Assembly: GCA_041749335.1 (NCBI GenBank)
Contig: JBGTBM010000010.1
Coordinates: 221,110 to 285,109 of the forward strand
Reading direction: 5' to 3'
Length of the DNA stretch: 64,000 bases
From: Patescibacteria group bacterium
GTDB lineage: Bacteria > Patescibacteriota > JABMPQ01
Shown: positions 1 through 9,422 of the stretch, in pieces
How positions within the stretch are numbered: the stretch's first letter is position 1
Layout of the letters: each line of letters begins with the position of its first letter
Program-made: the position numbers and the translations under genes
Notes under the pieces: model-generated
Seen by the model: the letters and a program-made list of their open reading frames with translations, nothing else
Databases searched by the model: none
Told to the model about the DNA's origin: nothing

Positions 1-487
1 TATCCAAATCACTTATCTTAATAACATTTTCAAAAGTAGCTAAGGGGCTTATATCAACTTTTATTTCTTTAGGAAGATCTTTTGGCAAACACTCTACTTC
101 AATTTCATCAATGCTGGCAACTAGAGTTCCCCCTTCATCTTTTACTGCCTTAGACTGTCCAAAAAATTGAAGCGGAACAAAAGTTGTAATCTTTTTTAAC
201 ATATCCACTTCATATAGATCGGCATGAATAATTTTATCAGTAACAGGATGATACTGGATCTCCTTAACCAAGACTCCCCTTTTCTTTCCCTGCACTTCTA
301 ACATAATAATTGTACTTTCTCCCGCTTCGTTGTAAGCCTTTTTAAAACTATTATATTCAAAAACCAAAGGAGTAGTTTTAATTTTATTACCATAAACAAC
401 TGCAGGGATTTTATCCTGTAGCCTTAATTCGTTATTGTTTTTTTGAGATTCGGCTCTAATTTCAGCTTTAATATTTATTTCCGGCAT
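1..487 (-). CDS. rplY: 50S ribosomal protein L25/CTC (runs off the left edge)
   Basis: Manual translation from ATG at 487 gives MPEINIKAEIRAESQKNNNELRLQDKIPAVVYG...IQYHPVTDKIIHADLYEV. Not in the ORF track because it is truncated by the window. Confidence 0.9.
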   Translation of the reverse strand, partial: MPEINIKAEIRAESQKNNNELRLQDKIPAVVYGNKIKTTPLVFEYNSFKKAYNEAGESTIIMLEVQGKKRGVLVKEIQYHPVTDKIIHADLYEVDMLKKITTFVPLQFFGQSKAVKDEGGTLVASIDEIEVECLPKDLPKEIKVDISPLATFENVIKISDLD

Positions 488-575
488 ATTTTTTTTAAGT
501 TCAATCTGTAATTATAATGATAAAATACAATAAGACAAGCCCTTTTTATTTACTTATCAACAATAATACTAATAA

Positions 576-1709
576 TTATTCAAAAGTCAAACCTTTATTC
601 CTTACATAAACACTTTGCAAAATTCCCATTAATATCAGAATGCTAATCAGCGAGCTGCCTCCATAGCTCACAAAAGGCAAAGGAATACCAGTCACTGGCA
701 AAAGGCCCATATTCATACCCACATTGACCAATATTTGAAATATTAATATTAAAACCGCCCCAATTCCAATCATTAAGCCAAACTCGTCGCGAGAATTTTT
801 AGAAATATTAATAATGCGAAGCAATAAAATAAAAAATAATGTCAGCAAAAGTAATCCGCCAAAAAATCCCAGCTCTTCGGAAAGAGCGGCAAAAATAAAA
901 TCTGTTTGCTGGGCAGGTAAAAATTTTAACTGGCTTTGAGAGCCATACCCCAAGCCTTTACCTAAAAGCCCTCCGGAGCCAACCGCAATTTTAGATTGAA
1001 TAATATTATAGCCAGACCCCAAAGGATCTCGATTTGGATGCAAAAAGGTTAATATTCTTTCCTTTTGATAATCTTTAAAAACAAATTGCCAAACAATCCA
1101 TCCAATAAAGGTTCCCGATCCTCCCAATATCGCAATATAGTTTCTTTTTATACCGGAAATAAATAACATAACAAACCATAAAAATACAAGCACCAGGGCA
1201 GATCCAAAGTCTGGCTGCATCATAATTAAGCCTACGGGTATAAATGTAATAATTCCAGAAATAATTATATGCCTAAACATACTAAGTTTACCGGAAATGC
1301 TGGCAAAATATTTAGCTAAAATAATTAATAATATTATTTTAGCTAACTCAGCCGGCTGAAACTGAAAGAAGCCAAAATTAAACCAACCCTTGGTGCCTCT
1401 AATCTCGCTACCAAAAATTAAAACTGCCACTAGAAGAACAATCATCAAAATATATAAAAAATAAGCAAAATTTTTAAAAAGTTTGTAATCGATAAAGACT
1501 AATAAAATAAAAAATATTATGCCGATGGCTACCGCCAATATTTGCTTCTTTAGATTTGCGTAATCAAACATGCCGGATGCCGATGCTGATGTGCTATAAA
1601 TCAACAGTAATCCTAAACTTATCAATAAAACTACCGCTACTACCATAATCCAATCAATTTTTCCCGCTAATTTTAAATATTTATTCATTAAAATAAAAAT
1701 TAATCGCAT
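576..1709 (-). CDS. rodA: Rod shape-determining protein RodA (SEDS family)
   Basis: Multi-pass membrane protein with FQPAELAK, QPDFGSA, GYNIIQSKIAVGSGG, TDFIFA and LPFVSYGGSS motifs. Confidence 0.93.
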   Translation of the reverse strand: MRLIFILMNKYLKLAGKIDWIMVVAVVLLISLGLLLIYSTSASASGMFDYANLKKQILAVAIGIIFFILLVFIDYKLFKNFAYFLYILMIVLLVAVLIFGSEIRGTKGWFNFGFFQFQPAELAKIILLIILAKYFASISGKLSMFRHIIISGIITFIPVGLIMMQPDFGSALVLVFLWFVMLFISGIKRNYIAILGGSGTFIGWIVWQFVFKDYQKERILTFLHPNRDPLGSGYNIIQSKIAVGSGGLLGKGLGYGSQSQLKFLPAQQTDFIFAALSEELGFFGGLLLLTLFFILLLRIINISKNSRDEFGLMIGIGAVLILIFQILVNVGMNMGLLPVTGIPLPFVSYGGSSLISILILMGILQSVYVRNKGLTFE

Positions 1710-1784
1710 TCAATAAATTAACATAATGAGATGATTTTTCAAGCATAAAAAAGCTGGATGAATCCAGCAATTTTTTATATTTAT

Positions 1785-2714
1785 CTAATATTCCAAAACC
1801 TGACCGGTCCCATATATGTTAATAAAGCTACTCGTTTGAAAAACATTAACGCTGGGCTCAATATATATTTTTTCCACATTTGCAAATATTGTTTCGGGCC
1901 ACTGAGCTATAAAAGACCGCCGAGTTTTAGTGACAAATGGTCCGAAGTTAGTATAATTTAAGCCTACAACATTCCCTGCTTTATCGTATAGAACGACTCC
2001 GACATTCACCCGATCAAAAGTAAAGGGAGAATCATTAAATAAGGTCCCTTCCACGATGCCCTTGTTGTTACTCACAGAATAAGAACTTTTTTCTACTTGA
2101 ATATTAAGATCGATGTTTTGTTTTAATTTTTGAATCTCCTGTAAGTCAACTTCCAATTCAGCTTTATCAACCACGCGATCAGTTTTAACGCCTACCTCTA
2201 TCAAACTTTTTTCTTCACCAGGCAAAATAAAGCTGATTCTCTCCTTTTCTCCGACCACTTTATCAAATTTATCCAGTAGTAGGATTTTGTATTTCAATCG
2301 ACTAACACCCCATTCAGCATTATTGTTTTTTAGCTGAACCAAAATATCATAATTAGTTTCTCCTTTTATCGGCTGCAAAAGAGTGATTTTTTTAGTTTCA
2401 ATAGTGAAGTCCTCGGGCGGAAGATCCTCCTCAATAACCACGCTATTATCAACCTCTTCCTCAACTTTAAAAATATCTACCACTTTTAACGCGATTATTA
2501 TAAAAGCAATAACCAGCAAAAGACCTAAAACAGACCAACCGACAATTTTAATATATCTCGCAACTTTTTCTTTATGTTTAACCATTAACAATTTCCGCTC
2601 ATATTCCTTTTCGATTTTTTGAGTTTCTTGAGACAAACCACCTCCCTCTGCAGTTAACGCAGGATCGGAGGCAATATTTAAATTTGTTTTTTCATTTGAA
2701 TCTTTTTGGTTCAT
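1785..2714 (-). CDS. Single-TM membrane-anchored protein with two Ig-like (FxLYD-type) beta domains
   Basis: One N-terminal TM helix followed by two repeats containing LLLDKFDKVVG and VLYDKAGNVVG. Confidence 0.6.
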   Translation of the reverse strand: MNQKDSNEKTNLNIASDPALTAEGGGLSQETQKIEKEYERKLLMVKHKEKVARYIKIVGWSVLGLLLVIAFIIIALKVVDIFKVEEEVDNSVVIEEDLPPEDFTIETKKITLLQPIKGETNYDILVQLKNNNAEWGVSRLKYKILLLDKFDKVVGEKERISFILPGEEKSLIEVGVKTDRVVDKAELEVDLQEIQKLKQNIDLNIQVEKSSYSVSNNKGIVEGTLFNDSPFTFDRVNVGVVLYDKAGNVVGLNYTNFGPFVTKTRRSFIAQWPETIFANVEKIYIEPSVNVFQTSSFINIYGTGQVLEY

Positions 2715-2837
2715 TTTTTATTTTTAAAGATATTTTGGTATATTATAACATAAAAAATATAATTAGAAAGTATTTACAAAAAGCTAAAAATTTGATACAA
2801 TTAGTTTGAGAGTTTAAAAAAATAAAGAATAAAACTT

Positions 2838-3143
2838 ATGTTTAACACAAGTACCGATCTCCTTCTCATTGCTATTGCCATATCCGTATTAAGCTTATCT
2901 GGATATTTAAGCTACCTAATCTACTCGTTGGCAAAAGTAGTGCAAGAAAGCAAAAAAACAGTCGAAGACGTCAATAAGAAATTAGAAAAGATTGACCCCA
3001 TCATTGACTCTTCTGCCGAAACAGTTACTTCACTTATGGAAACCTTAAGGACAATTAACAACAATGTTTTAAAGCCAGTGGCATCATTTTCAAAAATCTT
3101 TAATAATGTCAAGCAGGCTATAAGCGTATTTACAAAAAAATAA
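2838..3143 (+). CDS. DUF948/YtxG-like membrane coiled-coil protein
   Basis: N-terminal TM plus amphipathic coiled coil; lies directly upstream of a YtxH-like gene. Confidence 0.6.
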   Translation: MFNTSTDLLLIAIAISVLSLSGYLSYLIYSLAKVVQESKKTVEDVNKKLEKIDPIIDSSAETVTSLMETLRTINNNVLKPVASFSKIFNNVKQAISVFTKK

Positions 3144-3152
3144 CAAAAAAAA

Positions 3153-3449
3153 ATGAACAGAAATAATGACCGATGTTCTCTTGGAGGCTTTTTGGCAGGT
3201 ACCGTGGCAGGAGCATTAATTGGAGCAGGACTAGCTTTATTATATGCGCCAAAAACCGGTGAAGAAACCAGAAAAGACATTAAGGATAAGGTAAAAAAAT
3301 TAAAAAAGGGGGCTGAATCAACTAAAGAAAAAACTATTGCTAAACTAGTCGAAGTGAAAAAAAGTGCCATAAATAAAGCAGAAGATATAAAAGATAGAGC
3401 AAAAAAGGCAGCTTCAGAATTCAAAAAAGAAGAAAAAAACCAGAAATAA
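3153..3449 (+). CDS. YtxH domain protein
   Basis: GFLAGTVAGALIGAGLALLYAPKTGEETR signature. Confidence 0.88.
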   Translation: MNRNNDRCSLGGFLAGTVAGALIGAGLALLYAPKTGEETRKDIKDKVKKLKKGAESTKEKTIAKLVEVKKSAINKAEDIKDRAKKAASEFKKEEKNQK

Positions 3450-3465
3450 TCATAAGATATTACTT

Positions 3466-3500
3466 GAAAAACCCCTGATATTTTGGGGGTTTTTTATTTG
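3466..3500 (+). terminator. Rho-independent terminator
   Basis: AAAAACCCC...GGGGGTTTTTT hairpin after the YtxH gene. Confidence 0.65.
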
Positions 3501-3580
3501 AATTTATAAATTTAATTCCATTGCTTGGGCAAAATTTTTATTATATACTCAACATACCGTTTAATTAATTTTATATTCCA

Positions 3581-4216
3581 ATGAATAGCAATGACGCTAA
3601 AGAAAAAACGTTATCCTGGGACCAAGTAGAAGATTATGTAAATGAAAAAGATAATGGCGGAGCCGCCATGGCCGTTATTGAAACTGAAAAAATATTCAGC
3701 GAAGTGTTAAAAAAATTAAAATTACCCGGGAAAGATACCGATCAAAAAGTTAAAAGCGCAAAAAATTTATTTTCTAACTACCAATCGCTATCATTATCAA
3801 GAAGTGTCTATAAAAAAATTGTCTTTGAAGTTGGAGCAGAGATTGAAGTTGCAGATTTAAAAGAAATACTAACTTCCTATCACGAAGCCATTAGAGATCT
3901 GACCAAGGCACAAGAAAAAAAATTTACCTCTAAAGAAAGATTTTTGATGTTTATCAAGCACTATATTCCCAATCCAGCCAAGACGGGAAGAAATATAGCA
4001 ATTGGAATTATAGTTTTTTTCTTTACTATTTTTTTATTAGATAGCACCAGCTTTGGACAGGTAATGGTATCCAGCTTAGTCAAAACTGCTCATTTCATCT
4101 TCAGTTGGGTATTATTTACGGTTTTATTGGTCATTGGAATAATTATAATTATTATTGGAGGAATTTTATATTTTGAAAGCAGAAAAAAGAAAAGAAGGCT
4201 CCGCTTAGAAAGCTAA
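3581..4216 (+). CDS. Hypothetical membrane protein
   Basis: Soluble helical N-terminus and two C-terminal TM helices; 12 bp upstream of dnaE. Confidence 0.7.
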   Translation: MNSNDAKEKTLSWDQVEDYVNEKDNGGAAMAVIETEKIFSEVLKKLKLPGKDTDQKVKSAKNLFSNYQSLSLSRSVYKKIVFEVGAEIEVADLKEILTSYHEAIRDLTKAQEKKFTSKERFLMFIKHYIPNPAKTGRNIAIGIIVFFFTIFLLDSTSFGQVMVSSLVKTAHFIFSWVLFTVLLVIGIIIIIIGGILYFESRKKKRRLRLES

Positions 4217-4228
4217 TTTATCTCCAAT

Positions 4229-7200
4229 ATGTCAAATTTTACTCATTTGCATGTCCATAGCCATTATTCACTTTTGGATGGTTTGGCTAAAATTGACGAT
4301 TTATTAGAAAAAGCCAAAAAATATAAGATGGATTCTTTGGCTCTGACTGATCATGGAGTAATGTATGGAGCCATTGAGTTTTATCAAAAAGCTATAAATT
4401 GTGGCATTAAGCCTCTGATCGGAGTAGAAGCCTATATCGCTCCGAACAGCAGAAACATGAAAAGACCTAGAATAGATACCAGGCCATATCATATAGTACT
4501 TATCGCCGAAAACCTCCAGGGATATCAAAATTTACTTAAATTGACTTCCATAGCCCATATGGAAGGTTTTTATTATAAGCCCAGAATAGATTTTGAAATA
4601 TTAAAAAAATATAATCAGGGTATTATCGCCTTGTCGGCTTGCCTGGAAGGAGAAATCCCCCGGCAATTACTTTCGCATAATTACGAAATGGCCGAAGAAG
4701 CTGCAAATAGATACCAGCAAATTTTTGGGAAAGAAAATTTTTATTTAGAAGTCCAAGATCACCCTAATCTTGCTAATCAAGTCAAGGTAAACGAAAAAAT
4801 AATCGAACTAAGCAAATCTCTGAAAATTCCATTAGTAGCTACTAATGATACGCATTATTTAAATTCCGATGATGACAAGGTCCATGACGTTTTAATGTGC
4901 ATCCAAACGCAAAAAACCGTTAATGAAAAAAATCGCATATCTCTTCTTGGACACGATTTGTCCTTAAGAACTCCGGAAGATATGATTACAAGCTTTTCCC
5001 ATATACCCGAAGCTATAGAAAATACTAATATTATTGCCGATCGATGCAACTTTGAAATAGAACTCAAAAAAACTAAACTGCCCTACTATCCAATTCCGGA
5101 TAGATCCACTGATGATGAATATATCCGCAAATTATGTTATTTGGGACTTAAGAAAAAGTATGGCATTGCAAATACTGATAGTATTCCAAACAATATGTCA
5201 GAGGAAACATATAAGGAAATAATTGAAAGATTGGAATATGAGCTTTCCGTCATTGAAAAAACAAAATTTTCTTCTTATTTTTTAATCGTACAAGATCTGG
5301 TTAACTGGGCTAAAAATCATGAGATCGTGGTGGGGCCGGGCCGCGGCAGCGCCGGCGGAAGCCTGGTAGCCTATCTTTTGAATATTACCGACGTTGATCC
5401 CATTAAATATAAACTTTTGTTTGAAAGATTTCTTAATCCGGAAAGAATTAGTATGCCTGATATTGATCTTGACTTTGCTGATACCAGGCGCGACGAGGTA
5501 ATTAAATATGTCAAAGAAAAATATGGAGAGAAAAGAGTAGCTCAAATCATTACTTTCGGAACTATGGCTGCCAGAGCTGCAGTACGAGATTGCGGACGCG
5601 CGCTGGGTTATCCTTACGATTATTGCGATAAAGTAGCTAAAATGATTCCGATGTTTAATTCTTTGGATAAAGCTCTAGAGACGGTTCCGGAACTCAAAGA
5701 CCTCTATACTCACGATCCTCAAGCTACCAAGCTTTTAAATTTTTCAAAAAAACTGGAAGGCGTGGCCCGCCATGCCTCTACCCATGCCTGCGGAACAGTA
5801 ATTTCAGCGGGAGATTTGGATGATTTTATGCCAATACAATACGCCAGCCAAGACGACAAAACTGTTATCACTCAATATGAAATGCACGGCGTAGAAGATC
5901 TTGGATTGTTAAAAATGGATTTTTTGGGGCTAAAAAATTTAACTATTATTGAAAATGCTTTAAAAATAATTGCCAAGGTCCACAAAATAAAACTGGAAAC
6001 CAAGACTTTTCCCCTAGACGATAAATCATCCTATGAACTTTTCCAAAAAGGAAATACTACCGGAATTTTTCAGTTTGAGTCAGCCGGCATGAAAAGGTAT
6101 TTAAAACAGTTGAAGCCGACAGAATTTGAGGATCTAATCGCTATGGTAGCGCTATATCGCCCAGGACCCATGGACTGGATTCCCGACTATATATCGGGTA
6201 AACACGGTAAAAAGAAAATAGCCTATATCCACCCCAAATTGGAACCAATCCTTAATCAAACTTATGGAGTCGCCATCTACCAAGAACAAGTGATGCAGAT
6301 AGCGCGAGATTTAGCCGGATTTACTTTGGCTGAAGCCGATGTATTACGCAAAGCAGTCGGAAAAAAGATCAAAGAGCTTTTAATGGAGCAAAAGAAAAAA
6401 TTTATTAACGGCTGCATCGCTAATGATATTGAAAAAGTGACAGCGGAAAAGATATTCAACTTTATCGAACCTTTTGCGGGTTATGGCTTCAACCGCAGCC
6501 ACGCCGCTTGTTATGCCATGATTGCCTACCAAACGGCATATTTAAAAGCTCATTACCCTACTGAATTTATGGCATCTCTGCTAACCGCCGACCAGGAAAA
6601 TACCGACCGAGTATCTATTGAAATTTCCGAGTGCGACCAAATGGGCATTGATGTTTTGCCTCCCGACGTCAATGAAAGCTTTGCAACTTTTGCCGTTGTT
6701 CCCAATACAAAAAATATTCGTTTTGCTTTTTCCGCCATAAAAAATCTTGGCCACAGCATTATTGAAAGAATTATTGAAGAAAGAAAAGCAAATGGCAAAT
6801 ATGTAAGCCTGGATGATTTTTTACAAAGAGTCAGCTCTAAAGAACTTAATAAAAAATCATTGGAAAGTTTGGCAAAGAGTGGCGCTCTAGATAAATTCGC
6901 CGAACGAAAAAAAATTCTAGGAAATATTGAGACAATTTTGGAATATATTAAAAATATAAAAAAGGCTAACGACTCGGGCCAGACCGATCTTTTTGGAGGA
7001 ATAAATAACGAGGAATCCAATTCACCTAAAATAAAATTAGAAGAGATTGAGCCTGCCGACAAGCACGAAAGACTTTCATGGGAAAAAGAACTGATGGGCC
7101 TCTATATCTCCGAGCATCCCATTGATGAATTTAGGGAGTATTTAATTCATTATAAATATTTAATTAAAGACATAAGAGAGAGAAAAAGCGGTGAGGTTAT

Positions 7201-7738
7201 CAAGGTGGCTGGTATTATTACTAAAGCAAAAAGCATTATAACCAGATCCAATGAATCTATGCTTTTTGCGCAAATAGACGACGGTAAAGATACGATTGAA
7301 GCTATTGTTTTCCCTTCTGTTTTAAAGCAAAATACGGATATTTGGCAAGAAAACAAATTATTATTAATTGAAGGCAAACTGAATGACCGCGATGATGAGC
7401 TTAAAATTCTTTGTGAACATGCCAATATTTTAAATAAAGATCTGGTAGCAACTTGGCAAGCCGCACAGGCTATGCGCCAAAACATTAATGCCCCCCATCC
7501 CGCGCCTGATAATATTAAGTTAACAAATAATAATGTCTTAATAAAAATCCCCACCGGCGTTTCCCCGGAAGTATTTAATTGTTTGAAGAATATTTTTGAA
7601 AATAATCAAGGTAAAAACGCAGTAACGTTGAAGGTTTTAGATAAAAGAGGCGCGGAAAAAGAAATTAAAACCGACTTTTTTATTAATTATAACGAAGATA
7701 TTAAAAAGGAAATAAATTTTGTCTTAAATAAAAAATAG
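4229..7738 (+). CDS. dnaE: DNA polymerase III alpha subunit
   Basis: PHP domain HLHVHSHYSLLDG; GRGSAGGSLVAY, PDIDLDF and YGFNRSHA motifs. Confidence 0.98.
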   Translation: MSNFTHLHVHSHYSLLDGLAKIDDLLEKAKKYKMDSLALTDHGVMYGAIEFYQKAINCGIKPLIGVEAYIAPNSRNMKRPRIDTRPYHIVLIAENLQGYQNLLKLTSIAHMEGFYYKPRIDFEILKKYNQGIIALSACLEGEIPRQLLSHNYEMAEEAANRYQQIFGKENFYLEVQDHPNLANQVKVNEKIIELSKSLKIPLVATNDTHYLNSDDDKVHDVLMCIQTQKTVNEKNRISLLGHDLSLRTPEDMITSFSHIPEAIENTNIIADRCNFEIELKKTKLPYYPIPDRSTDDEYIRKLCYLGLKKKYGIANTDSIPNNMSEETYKEIIERLEYELSVIEKTKFSSYFLIVQDLVNWAKNHEIVVGPGRGSAGGSLVAYLLNITDVDPIKYKLLFERFLNPERISMPDIDLDFADTRRDEVIKYVKEKYGEKRVAQIITFGTMAARAAVRDCGRALGYPYDYCDKVAKMIPMFNSLDKALETVPELKDLYTHDPQATKLLNFSKKLEGVARHASTHACGTVISAGDLDDFMPIQYASQDDKTVITQYEMHGVEDLGLLKMDFLGLKNLTIIENALKIIAKVHKIKLETKTFPLDDKSSYELFQKGNTTGIFQFESAGMKRYLKQLKPTEFEDLIAMVALYRPGPMDWIPDYISGKHGKKKIAYIHPKLEPILNQTYGVAIYQEQVMQIARDLAGFTLAEADVLRKAVGKKIKELLMEQKKKFINGCIANDIEKVTAEKIFNFIEPFAGYGFNRSHAACYAMIAYQTAYLKAHYPTEFMASLLTADQENTDRVSIEISECDQMGIDVLPPDVNESFATFAVVPNTKNIRFAFSAIKNLGHSIIERIIEERKANGKYVSLDDFLQRVSSKELNKKSLESLAKSGALDKFAERKKILGNIETILEYIKNIKKANDSGQTDLFGGINNEESNSPKIKLEEIEPADKHERLSWEKELMGLYISEHPIDEFREYLIHYKYLIKDIRERKSGEVIKVAGIITKAKSIITRSNESMLFAQIDDGKDTIEAIVFPSVLKQNTDIWQENKLLLIEGKLNDRDDELKILCEHANILNKDLVATWQAAQAMRQNINAPHPAPDNIKLTNNNVLIKIPTGVSPEVFNCLKNIFENNQGKNAVTLKVLDKRGAEKEIKTDFFINYNEDIKKEINFVLNKK

Positions 7739-7740
7739 TA

Positions 7741-7769
7741 TTGACATCTTTATTATTTATATTTATAAT
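7741..7769 (+). promoter_or_regulatory. Consensus sigma70 promoter
   Basis: TTGACA (7741-7746), 17 bp spacer, TATAAT (7764-7769). Confidence 0.8.
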
Positions 7770-7807
7770 AAAAATGTTCTTTACATAAACATTAGGAGGT
7801 CGTGGCT

Positions 7808-7981
7808 TTGGCTGTAAAAACGGAAAAAACTGGAATTTTACTAACAGAATATCTGAAATTGCTTCCCTTGATGAAACAATTCCCCCATCTCAGCATGGGA
7901 AATTTGATTGCATTAAATAAAAAATATCCAGATCGATCCATTCCGGAATTAATTTTGATAGTTCAAGCCACATTAAAATAA
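7808..7981 (+). CDS. Small hypothetical protein (57 aa), not in the ORF track
   Basis: AGGAGGT at 7794-7800, TTG start at 7808, MAVKTEKTGILLTEYLKLLPLMKQFPHLSMGNLIALNKKYPDRSIPELILIVQATLK*; has its own promoter and terminator. Confidence 0.65.
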   Translation: MAVKTEKTGILLTEYLKLLPLMKQFPHLSMGNLIALNKKYPDRSIPELILIVQATLK

Positions 7982-8011
7982 AAGAGAGGCTGCATTCCTC
8001 TCTTCCTTTTT
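7982..8011 (+). terminator. Rho-independent terminator
   Basis: AAGAGAGG-ctgcatt-CCTCTCTT followed by a T-run. Confidence 0.65.
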
Positions 8012-8031
8012 AAAAAATAATTTTAAATATT

Positions 8032-9309
8032 ATGACAACAAGCAAAGAAAATTTTTCACCCCAAGAAGCTAAAGAAGAGCCGCAAGAAGGCGGAATGGAT
8101 ATATTATCTTTTCTTAAAGAGAAAAGACCGCCCCGAGAGATGAAAGAGACTTCCCCTGAACAAGTTGGATTAATTGATTCTTTAAAGAAAAAAGTTGATT
8201 CTTATAAAAATAAATTGATCGAAAGCGGCGCAAAAGAAGATGCGGTAGATTCTTTAGCTACAGAATATGCCCATGAACTAAAACAATCTCAACAAGACCC
8301 CAGAAAATATATTGATCTTGGCAATAGAACTTATGCCAACGGTAGATTAAATGAAGAAATTACGGCTCTAATTCCTGAAGATCGCGAACTAACCCTGGAT
8401 GATTTAGATCGAGTTTACCGATTGGATCACGATCTCGATGAATTTAAAACAATCAATGACTACTATGGGCATAAAGCCGGCGATGACATTTTACATACTT
8501 ATTCAGAGATATTAAAAAAGGGAGAATCGGTAGAATGGATTAAAAATACCGGGCTTCTGGTAGAAAAATCTGAAAATGAGCCACAAGCATTTGAAGCCAC
8601 CGTGGAGGGCGGAGAAGAATTCGGCGGCTTATTGGTTTTTAAAGAAGAGTTTTCCCCTTTGGAGCTTGAAGATGGTACAAAATTAAACAGTCGAGAAGAA
8701 GTAGTCCGAGAATTTGTAAAAAAAATTCAGAAAGAAACTAAAGCAAAATTTAAAGATCTCCTTGCACAAAAAGATGCTGAGGGCAATCCTAAATATCCGT
8801 TAAAGGGCAAAGTGCCCGAAGGGATTAAGTTACCTGAAGATTTTGTTGTTGAATCCGGCACTAGTTTTGGCTATGCTTCAGTGAAAGAAGCGACGGAAAA
8901 TATTGAAATTTATGAAGAAGACGACTATGATACAGTGATGCAAAAAATTAGATCACATCTATTTGAAAGAAGCGATAAAAGAGCCTACGGAGATAAACTG
9001 GAAAGAAAAATTCAAAGAGAGCAAAGCGACGATATAAATGCCAAATTAACAGCCGAAATTTCACCTCGCGGACGGGCTGAAATGTTGGAAAGAAAAAATA
9101 TAGAACTATCTGAACAAACTAAAAAAGATCAAGAAAAAATTGAAGCCGGCAATTCAGCAGTAGCTAAATTGGAAAGCCAATTGGCAGGCTTAAAATCTGC
9201 TTTTGAGTCTATTAAAGAACAGCAAGGTTATGAATTGGTGCGCGATACCTTGCTTACTCAAATAACCGCGATGGAAGCTACAATTGAAAGCTTTAAGCAA
9301 GCGGCATAA
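8032..9309 (+). CDS. GGDEF-family (GGEEF) diguanylate cyclase-like protein with a C-terminal coiled coil
   Basis: DLDEFKTINDYYGHKAGDDIL and GGEEF motifs. Confidence 0.72.
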   Translation: MTTSKENFSPQEAKEEPQEGGMDILSFLKEKRPPREMKETSPEQVGLIDSLKKKVDSYKNKLIESGAKEDAVDSLATEYAHELKQSQQDPRKYIDLGNRTYANGRLNEEITALIPEDRELTLDDLDRVYRLDHDLDEFKTINDYYGHKAGDDILHTYSEILKKGESVEWIKNTGLLVEKSENEPQAFEATVEGGEEFGGLLVFKEEFSPLELEDGTKLNSREEVVREFVKKIQKETKAKFKDLLAQKDAEGNPKYPLKGKVPEGIKLPEDFVVESGTSFGYASVKEATENIEIYEEDDYDTVMQKIRSHLFERSDKRAYGDKLERKIQREQSDDINAKLTAEISPRGRAEMLERKNIELSEQTKKDQEKIEAGNSAVAKLESQLAGLKSAFESIKEQQGYELVRDTLLTQITAMEATIESFKQAA

Positions 9310-9330
9310 CTATAAATTTAAAATAAGATC

Positions 9331-9366
9331 CAATGAGAGAGAAATTAAATTCTCTCTCATTTTTTA
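9331..9366 (+). terminator. Rho-independent terminator
   Basis: AATGAGAGAGAA...TTCTCTCTCATT followed by a T-run. Confidence 0.7.
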
Positions 9367-9422
9367 CTTGACATATTATTATAATATAGTATAATAAGGT
9401 AATTTATTAATTAACATTTGTT

